A DNA stretch of 64,000 nucleotides, taken from assembly GCA_900315775.1 (NCBI GenBank), contig ONAJ01000007.1:15606-79605 (forward strand), read 5' to 3'. The position numbers and the translations under genes were made by a program. The DNA is from an uncultured Prevotella sp. GTDB lineage: Bacteria; Bacteroidota; Bacteroidia; Bacteroidales; Bacteroidaceae. Below the pieces are notes generated by a model. The model saw only the letters and a program-made list of their open reading frames with translations, was not told the DNA's origin and searched no databases. This document shows, piece after piece, positions 19,501 to 26,513 of the stretch (its first letter is position 1; every line of letters begins with the position of its first letter).

Positions 19501-20970
19501 TTATTTTTGTACATATTTCTTTCCGTTCTTAATTACTATACCCTTATAGCTACTGTCAACCTTCTGACCAGCGAGGTTATAGTAATCATAATTCTCAATT
19601 CTCAACTCCGAATTCTCAATTGAGTGGATTCCCGTAGCATCAGTCTCCACATAAAGTGCCGGCATAGCACCACGATTGTTCGGATAGCTGCCGTAGGTGT
19701 AGTACGACGTGCTATACTGCACGTAGCAGTTAGCGTCCTTATTCAATATCTTACAGGTGCCGTCAGCGTTAGGTGTTACTGTCCATACGCCAGCCTTCTC
19801 GGGCATCGTAGCGCTGGTGCTGAAGCTGTAGTAATACGAACCGTTATCGCGTGTCGTCATACACAGGTACTTTCCGTCTTCCTGCTGGATGGTGTAACCT
19901 CCATTGACAGCGGTAAAGGTAAAGGTATTCTTGTCGGTCCAGTAGTTTATAATGTCGAACTCTTCCGTCACAGGACGTTTCTGCATATATCCGTAGCCTT
20001 TCAGCGGCAACATCATCAGCAGCGTGTCTGTCTGTGTCGCCTTGTCTGTGTTCTTAGCTACTATGAGGTATCGCTTTCCGCTTTCTATGGTCTGTGTCTT
20101 CTTAAACTGGAAGTCCCAGGTGCCGCTGCCTCCAACATCGTAGTTGAAGGGCTGTCCTACCTTGTCGCCCCAGATGTAGTCCTCCAGTCCGGGGTAGTCG
20201 ATGAAAGGATTTCTGTTTCCCTGTACACGATAGCATCCGTGATTTCTCTCTACCTCTTTATCGCTTACCGCGTCCTCTTTTGCCCATCGCATTAACATCT
20301 GCATGTGCCAGTTCACGTAGGGCTTGTAGCTGTTGTTCGTCAGTATGTCTGTCTGTCCTAACTGGTACCAGTCGGTAATGACGTCCTCGTAACACGTTGC
20401 CATGTAGAAGTATATTCGTGCCAAGTCGCCCTTGTACTCGTCGTTAGGTTCAAAGACTTTCTTAGTATAGCCTATCTCAGCGCAGGGACCCAGCTTGCTG
20501 AAGCTGTTGTGCGACACGTACGAAGGCGAATACACCTCTCCGTAGGGGTAGTTGCTACGTTGCATATTAACATATCCGTCGGTAGGAATGACGTGCTGCA
20601 CGTCGCTATACATCAGCGTCTTGTCGCTACCACCGAACCAACTCTTCGGGAACGAGTGTTCCCTGTTCAGTCCGTCGCCTTCCTTGCTGTATGAGTGCGA
20701 ACACGTTACGGGGTCTGTAAAGTTCGTCAAGTCGCTATACATATCCCACACCTTACCGTCAGGTGTCATATCGGTCAGTCTGTAGGCTTCCCACAATCCG
20801 TTATACGACGTCACCTCGGGTTCCTTAATAATATTATGTAGGGCAGTCTTCAACTCCTGTCCACTCTTTCCGTCAGCCGCTTTATAGTATGTTCCGCTGG
20901 CATTGGGTCCTTGTGCGTACGATGCTATCACCGCAGTCGCCGCACATAAAGTGAGTAGCGTTCTCTTCAT
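19501..20970 (-). CDS. Endonuclease I family nuclease with an extra ~170-aa domain and T9SS CTD
   Basis: Start re-set to MKRTLLTLCAATAVIASYAQ (Met 46 of the ORF). The Endonuclease I motifs are the same as in the downstream paralog. C-terminus YYNLAGQKVDSSYKGIVIKNGKKYVQK. Confidence 0.85.
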   Translation of the reverse strand: MKRTLLTLCAATAVIASYAQGPNASGTYYKAADGKSGQELKTALHNIIKEPEVTSYNGLWEAYRLTDMTPDGKVWDMYSDLTNFTDPVTCSHSYSKEGDGLNREHSFPKSWFGGSDKTLMYSDVQHVIPTDGYVNMQRSNYPYGEVYSPSYVSHNSFSKLGPCAEIGYTKKVFEPNDEYKGDLARIYFYMATCYEDVITDWYQLGQTDILTNNSYKPYVNWHMQMLMRWAKEDAVSDKEVERNHGCYRVQGNRNPFIDYPGLEDYIWGDKVGQPFNYDVGGSGTWDFQFKKTQTIESGKRYLIVAKNTDKATQTDTLLMMLPLKGYGYMQKRPVTEEFDIINYWTDKNTFTFTAVNGGYTIQQEDGKYLCMTTRDNGSYYYSFSTSATMPEKAGVWTVTPNADGTCKILNKDANCYVQYSTSYYTYGSYPNNRGAMPALYVETDATGIHSIENSELRIENYDYYNLAGQKVDSSYKGIVIKNGKKYVQK

Positions 20971-20988
20971 AATAGTTAGATTTTGGGG

Positions 20989-20996
20989 CAAAGATA
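20989..20996 (-). promoter_or_regulatory. -7 box TATCTTTG upstream of the nuclease operon
   Basis: TAnnTTTG match 18 nt upstream of ATG 20970. Confidence 0.45.
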
Positions 20997-21035
20997 CAAA
21001 GAAGAGAATAGAAAACAAAATAAATGACGACTTTT

Positions 21036-22352
21036 TTACTTTTTCGAGTTGCGATAATAACTCATTATCACTATCGTCATCACGAAAGCGCAGACGTCGG
21101 CACACGCTTGTGTCACTATGAGTCCGAAGAGTCCGAAGAATGTCGGCAACACAAGAATAAAGGGAATGAAGAAGAGTCCTCTACGTGCTGCTGCCAGAAT
21201 ATTGGCTTCTATGGGGCGGTTTATGGTCTGCATCATAGTGTTCGAGAGCATCATGATAGCTCCGAGGGGATAGGTGATAGCCTGCCAACGAAGTGCCTGA
21301 CCGCCGATGCTAATGACTGCAGGGTCGTCGCGGAACAGTGATATTATCTCTGCGGTGAACACAAAACAGAGTATCGCCACAACGGTAAGAAATATTGTTC
21401 CTACACGTACACTATACCAAAAGCCTTTGATAACACGATCGTAGAGCTTCGCACCATAGCAGTATCCACAGAAGGGCTGGAATCCGTGACCAAGACCTAT
21501 CACTATGGAATAAACGAGGAAGGTAATGCGTGTGACGATGCTCATAGCAGCGACGGCAGCATCGCCGAAACCTGCCGCCGTAAGGTTAAGGAACAGCGTT
21601 GCAAGGGTGCCCAGTCCCTGACGGGTAATCGACGGCGTTCCACCTTTTACTATCAAAGCTATGTAATCCTTATTTTTACCTCCTATCTGCCATGATTTCA
21701 TTCTTAGCGTTATCGTCAGCAACACACTGAAACTCACAGCCTGACTTATCAACGTTGCCAGTCCTGCACCGCTGATGCCCATATCCAAGTAGAAGATGAA
21801 TAGCGGGTCAAGACTGATGTTCAGTATTGCTCCACTTAGTATGCCCAACATAGAATAGAAGGGGTCGCCCCTGAAACGCAACTGCAGGTTAAGGGTTAGC
21901 GAACCGATAACAAAAGGACACGCAAGGAGGATGAAACTGAGATACTCCAAAGTGTAAGGATAGATGGTCTCCGTACTGCCAAGCCATCGTGCCAGATTGG
22001 GCAGGATTAGGAATCCCACAACAGTCAGCACCACTCCGGTTATTATGGCATAAACGAAACTCAGGAAACCCATTCGCGACGCCTCGGAAGCGTTCTTCGC
22101 ACCAAGACTCATTGCTATGTAGTTGCCCGACCCTGTGCCGTAGAAATAACCCATAGCCTGGAAGATGCTCATAACGGTGAATACTATACCTACAGCTGCC
22201 GTAGCCTGCGTGTTTAGCTGACTGACGAAATAGGTGTCAGCAAGACTATATATGCTCGTAACCATCATGCTGATGATGGTCGGAACGGCAAGTGTTCCAA
22301 TGACTTTTGGCACAGGTGCTGTAGTTAGAAAATCGTAATTACTGCGTCGCAT
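21036..22352 (-). CDS. MATE family efflux transporter
   Basis: Start re-set to MRRSNYDFLTTAPVPKVIGTLAVPTIISMMV. 12-TM-like sequence. The upstream 135 codons of ORF 21036..22757 overlap the aguA promoter and CDS. Confidence 0.85.
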   Translation of the reverse strand: MRRSNYDFLTTAPVPKVIGTLAVPTIISMMVTSIYSLADTYFVSQLNTQATAAVGIVFTVMSIFQAMGYFYGTGSGNYIAMSLGAKNASEASRMGFLSFVYAIITGVVLTVVGFLILPNLARWLGSTETIYPYTLEYLSFILLACPFVIGSLTLNLQLRFRGDPFYSMLGILSGAILNISLDPLFIFYLDMGISGAGLATLISQAVSFSVLLTITLRMKSWQIGGKNKDYIALIVKGGTPSITRQGLGTLATLFLNLTAAGFGDAAVAAMSIVTRITFLVYSIVIGLGHGFQPFCGYCYGAKLYDRVIKGFWYSVRVGTIFLTVVAILCFVFTAEIISLFRDDPAVISIGGQALRWQAITYPLGAIMMLSNTMMQTINRPIEANILAAARRGLFFIPFILVLPTFFGLFGLIVTQACADVCAFVMTIVIMSYYRNSKK

Positions 22353-22359
22353 CAGCGGA

Positions 22360-22367
22360 CAAAGGTA
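22360..22367 (-). promoter_or_regulatory. -7 box TACCTTTG 7 nt before the MATE ATG
   Basis: TAnnTTTG match on the minus strand. Confidence 0.4.
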
Positions 22368-22443
22368 CAAAAAGTCGGGAGAAATACAAAGGGTAAGGTT
22401 ACGTTTTTTTTGGATAATCATTACGTAATTTGAAATAAATTTG

Positions 22444-22451
22444 TATCTTTG
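22444..22451 (+). promoter_or_regulatory. -7 box TATCTTTG upstream of aguA
   Basis: TAnnTTTG match 15 nt upstream of ATG 22467. Confidence 0.45.
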
Positions 22452-22466
22452 CCCCCGAATAACACT

Positions 22467-23420
22467 ATGAAACAAGAAGTTACGAAAAGAATAACGCTTT
22501 CTGCAGAGTGGGAAGAACAGGAAATGGTGCAGCTGACGTGGCCTCACGAGAAGACCGACTGGGCACCTATGCTTCCTGAGATTACCGCCACATACATAGA
22601 GATGGCGCAGGCTATCAGCAAGTACGAGAAACTCCTCATTGTGGCTCCCGACGTAGAGAAAGTGAAGCGACTGCTCGCAGAGCACCTCACCACACAACAA
22701 ATGAGTAACGTGGTGTATCACCAGTGTCCTACCAACGACACGTGGGCACGCGACCACGCCTTCCTGACACTCTCCGACGGCACCCTACTCGACTTCTGTT
22801 TCAACGGATGGGGCGAGAAGTTCGAGGCATCACTCGACAACGCCATCAACCGCTCGTTGTATGAATCGGTTCACTCTCCTCTATCCTCTCTCCTCTCTTC
22901 TCTATCATACGAAAACCACCTCGACTTTGTCCTCGAGGGCGGATCTATAGAGAGCGACGGCAAGGGAACTATCTACACTACACGTTGCTGTCTCCTTGCG
23001 CCTCATCGCAACCAACCACTTACGGAGCAACAGATAGAGCAGGAGCTGAAGCGCCGACTACGTGCCGACCGCATAGTGTGGCTCGACGACGAGCCGCTGC
23101 CTGGCGACGATACCGACGGTCACATTGACACCTTAGCACGAATACTGCCCGACGGCACTCTGCTGCGGATGCCGCTCCCCGACCCTATCTACGACGAAGA
23201 CGGCACACAGCTGCCTGCGACATACGCCAACTACCTCATCATCAACGGTGCCGTACTGGTTCCCACCTACGGACAACCTGCCAACGACGAGAGGGCGATA
23301 CAGCGCATACAGGAGGCATTCCCCGACAGAGAGATGATACCTATTGACTCGCGGTCTATCATTCGTCAACATGGTTCTATACATTGTTGCACGATGCAGT
23401 ACCCGAGGGTTAGAGGTTAG
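22467..23420 (+). CDS. aguA: Agmatine deiminase (PAD_porph family)
   Basis: Start re-set to MKQEV because the promoter box overlaps the earlier ATG. AEWEEQEMVQLTWP, WARDHAF, GDDTDGHIDTLAR, HGSIHCCTMQYP. Confidence 0.85.
   Translation: MKQEVTKRITLSAEWEEQEMVQLTWPHEKTDWAPMLPEITATYIEMAQAISKYEKLLIVAPDVEKVKRLLAEHLTTQQMSNVVYHQCPTNDTWARDHAFLTLSDGTLLDFCFNGWGEKFEASLDNAINRSLYESVHSPLSSLLSSLSYENHLDFVLEGGSIESDGKGTIYTTRCCLLAPHRNQPLTEQQIEQELKRRLRADRIVWLDDEPLPGDDTDGHIDTLARILPDGTLLRMPLPDPIYDEDGTQLPATYANYLIINGAVLVPTYGQPANDERAIQRIQEAFPDREMIPIDSRSIIRQHGSIHCCTMQYPRVRG
22872..22906 (+). repeat. In-frame CT-rich heptamer array (CTCTNTC)x5 inside aguA
   Basis: The units are CACTCTC CTCTATC CTCTCTC CTCTCTT CTCTATC. 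They encode HSPLSSLLSSLS. Confidence 0.85.
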
Positions 23421-23449
23421 AGGTTAGAGGTTAGAGTTTAAAGATTAAA
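23408..23449. repeat. Heptamer array (GGTTAGA)x4 plus 2 degenerate units
   Basis: The aguA stop TAG (23418-23420) lies inside the array. The next ATG is at 23455. Confidence 0.95.
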
Positions 23450-23454
23450 GAAAT

Positions 23455-25140
23455 ATGAGAAAAACAAATCTATTACTACTACTCATTGGCTTCCTGCTAA
23501 TCGGTAGCCTTACTGCTAAAGCAGCGGAGTATGAGTATACGTTCACGGCAACGACGTTTCACAACTCAGAGACGTTGGCGCTTAACGACGTTGAGTGGAC
23601 ACTTGTCAACAACGGCAATTATTACGGATATGACGGCACTAAGGGTCAGCAGATAGGTTCCGGCGCCAATCCTGCTACTTCTGCCATCCTCTCCACGTCA
23701 GGCATTACGGGCTACATCACCTCGATTACCATTAACGTATCCGGAGCAAACGGCACCAACGCCACATTCGCTGTAAGTGTCAACGACAAACCGTTTACAT
23801 GCAGCGGAGAGACCTCCGTATCGCTTACTAACAGCGCTACCGCGTACACCTTCACGGGTGGACAGCAGGGAGAGATAAAACTGTCGTTTGCACAGACTTC
23901 GTCGGTGGCTCTCTATATCAAGAGCATCAACGTTACCTACTTCCCTTTGGTGACAAGCATAGCAGCCTTCAAGTCGCTGACTGCCGAAACTGAGGCGGCG
24001 CTAAGTTTCAGCGATGCAGCCAATGCTCGCATCACCTTTGTAAACGACAAAGAGGTGTTCCTGCGCGACAATACCGGCGCCATCTGCCTATATAATAATA
24101 ATGTGTTCACCCCGTCACGCCCTTGGGCTTACAATCAACACGTGGCAGGTAGCATCATCGGCAAGAACACCGTCGATAACGGTATGCCGGAAATGGTGGC
24201 TACAGCAAACACCAACACCGATAATCTCGTCATTGCGGACCGTGTGAGCGAGGATATGGTGATGCCGAAGGAGATTGACGCCAGCGCCTACGACGCTAAC
24301 CTCGCCGACTGGGTAAAGGTAGAAAACCTTGTAAAGGGAACAAGTAACATTGAGGCTTACGACAAATACTCTTCTGCCTGCTTCCAGATGCCACACAACG
24401 GAGCACGCTACGACCTCTCGGGAATAGCCGTTCCTAACAATAGCACAAAACAGATTGCACCAATCTATCAGAACAGCGTTCGTCCTCTCGTTTATGTCAT
24501 CGACGAAAACGAGACCTTCGTATCGCCTGCAAGCGACATCCAGAACGCTACCGTCCGACTGGTGCGCACACTAAGCAGCGAATACTGGAACACCTTTGCC
24601 GTACCTTTCAACTTCAGCTTCGACGAGACGGAGGCTCTCATCCGCGAATACGACAACATCAGCGGCACTACAATGCTCTTCAAAGAGGCTGAAAGCATCG
24701 AGGCAGGAAAGCCCTACCTCATCATTCCTGACGAGACTATTGCCAACCCCGTATTCTACGACGTAACACTCAGCGCAACCCCAGCACAGACGGTGACTCA
24801 CGGCGCATACAGTTTCGTTGCTATCTACTCGCCTTACGCTATGGCTACCGACCAAACCGAGCTGTATCTTGGCGACGGCGATCTGCTCTACTACCCTGTT
24901 GACAATACTTCAAACACCATGAGGGGCATGCGTGCCTTCTATCGTGTTCCTATCGGTGGTGCTAAGGTTGCTATCTACGGCGAAGACTACGAAGAGGAAG
25001 AGACTGACGGAATCCGCTCAATTGAGAATTCGGAGTTGAGAATTGATAATTATGATTACTATAACCTCGCTGGTCAGCGCGTAGGCAAGGACTATAAGGG
25101 CATAGTAATTAAGAATGGTAAGAAGTACATCATAAAATAA
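23455..25140 (+). CDS. Hypothetical secreted protein with T9SS CTD
   Basis: 561 aa. Signal peptide ...LTAKA/AEY. C-terminus GIRSIENSELRIDNYDYYNLAGQRVGKDYKGIVIKNGKKYIIK. The body has no family I recognise. Confidence 0.75.
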   Translation: MRKTNLLLLLIGFLLIGSLTAKAAEYEYTFTATTFHNSETLALNDVEWTLVNNGNYYGYDGTKGQQIGSGANPATSAILSTSGITGYITSITINVSGANGTNATFAVSVNDKPFTCSGETSVSLTNSATAYTFTGGQQGEIKLSFAQTSSVALYIKSINVTYFPLVTSIAAFKSLTAETEAALSFSDAANARITFVNDKEVFLRDNTGAICLYNNNVFTPSRPWAYNQHVAGSIIGKNTVDNGMPEMVATANTNTDNLVIADRVSEDMVMPKEIDASAYDANLADWVKVENLVKGTSNIEAYDKYSSACFQMPHNGARYDLSGIAVPNNSTKQIAPIYQNSVRPLVYVIDENETFVSPASDIQNATVRLVRTLSSEYWNTFAVPFNFSFDETEALIREYDNISGTTMLFKEAESIEAGKPYLIIPDETIANPVFYDVTLSATPAQTVTHGAYSFVAIYSPYAMATDQTELYLGDGDLLYYPVDNTSNTMRGMRAFYRVPIGGAKVAIYGEDYEEEETDGIRSIENSELRIDNYDYYNLAGQRVGKDYKGIVIKNGKKYIIK

Positions 25141-25147
25141 AAATCTC

Positions 25148-25369
25148 ATGACAATGGAAAAGAACAGAACTATCTACACGGCTCCTTCAATTGAGATTTT
25201 CATGATGGACCTTACAGGCGCGCTGAACGCAGGAGTCAGCGGCGGCGGAAACCAGGTAGAAACCAGCGGTGCACAGAAAGGTAGCGGTGCTGGCGCTGGC
25301 GGAGCACACACCAAAGAGTACGTCCTTGAGGATGTAGATTTATGGTCTAACGAAGAAGAAGAAGAATAA
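25148..25369 (+). CDS. Small acidic Gly-rich hypothetical protein (73 aa)
   Basis: Fills the gap between two genes exactly (7 nt and 13 nt spacers). No signal peptide. Net charge about -9. The tail is EDVDLWSNEEEEE. Confidence 0.55.
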   Translation: MTMEKNRTIYTAPSIEIFMMDLTGALNAGVSGGGNQVETSGAQKGSGAGAGGAHTKEYVLEDVDLWSNEEEEE

Positions 25370-25382
25370 GGAGGGCACGACA

Positions 25383-26501
25383 ATGAAGAAAATAATATCG
25401 ACACTTATCATCGGGCTCTTCGCACTGAATGCTAATGCACAGGTAATATACCCTGACAACATTAAGACCGACAAAATCTATAATATGAACATCACCCTGA
25501 AGGACGGACGCAAAGTCAGCTACCAGAAGAGTGAAATAGACCACATCACCTTCGTCACTAACGTGGGTATGAAAATCTATCTTAAGGCATCTTCTACCAC
25601 CGACGACTACCTCTACTCGCAGATGTCGTCGATAGAGTATCCCGAGAGCGCTCCGGACCTTTCCAACGCTAATGCCAACTGGAACAACTTCGAACTCACG
25701 GGGCGCTACGCCTATGCGTGGGGACTGGAATATCCGCACCTTAACAGCAACACCACCGACAACCAGGTTGTTGTTAAGAAGACCGACGACTATGGTGTGA
25801 CCTTCTCGTTGGAGTGGGACAACTCAAAGATTGCTAATCGCTGGACGTGCTACACTATGCACAGCAAAAATAACATGAAGGATACTGACCGCAACGACGA
25901 CTTCAAGGCTGACCCTGACGTCACAACCAGTTCACAGCTCAACGATTACAAGAATAGCGGTTTCTCGCGTGGACACCTCTGTCCGTCACAAGACCGTCAA
26001 TGTTCTGTTGAACAGAACAAACAGACCTTCTTCCTCACCAACATGCAACCCCAGTGGCAGACGCATAATGGAGGACTGTGGAAAAATCTTGAAGACAAAA
26101 TTAATACGTGGAGCACCAGCACCACCGACAAACTCTGCGACACCCTCTACATCGTCAAGGCAGCCACCATCAGCGACGTCAATCTTGGCGGTGAGGTGAG
26201 CAGCGGAGTCTATGCCGAGAAGTGCAACAACCGCCTCCTCGTGCCGAAGTACTTCTATATGGCGATACTCGGGTACAACAAGTCTTCAGACACCTACCAC
26301 GCCCTCGGACTTTGGACTATCCACCAGGATGCCAGCGACACCAACAAGAACTATGGTGACTACGCCATAACTATCGACGAGTTGGAGCAGCGCACGGGCA
26401 TCGACTTCTTCTGTAATCTCCCCGACGAGATAGAGAACGAAGTGGAGGCATCCATCAGCGACCTCACCACATACTGGGGACTAACAAAAACGAATCCGTA
26501 G
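25383..26501 (+). CDS. DNA/RNA non-specific endonuclease (beta-beta-alpha-Me, Endonuclease_NS family), exported
   Basis: 372 aa. Signal peptide MKKIISTLIIGLFALNANAQ. Active-site-like FSRGHLCPSQDR and FFLTNMQPQ. Confidence 0.85.
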   Translation: MKKIISTLIIGLFALNANAQVIYPDNIKTDKIYNMNITLKDGRKVSYQKSEIDHITFVTNVGMKIYLKASSTTDDYLYSQMSSIEYPESAPDLSNANANWNNFELTGRYAYAWGLEYPHLNSNTTDNQVVVKKTDDYGVTFSLEWDNSKIANRWTCYTMHSKNNMKDTDRNDDFKADPDVTTSSQLNDYKNSGFSRGHLCPSQDRQCSVEQNKQTFFLTNMQPQWQTHNGGLWKNLEDKINTWSTSTTDKLCDTLYIVKAATISDVNLGGEVSSGVYAEKCNNRLLVPKYFYMAILGYNKSSDTYHALGLWTIHQDASDTNKNYGDYAITIDELEQRTGIDFFCNLPDEIENEVEASISDLTTYWGLTKTNP

Positions 26502-26513
26502 CACAGTGGTTTG

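Noticed and set aside
25148-25369. The small ORF as a RiPP or lasso-type precursor (IYTAPSIEI resembles the YxxPxL leader motif; there is an internal GGG).
   Set aside because: No cyclase, protease, RRE, radical-SAM or transporter genes are adjacent, and the neighbours are a T9SS protein and a nuclease. The motif match is short and imperfect.
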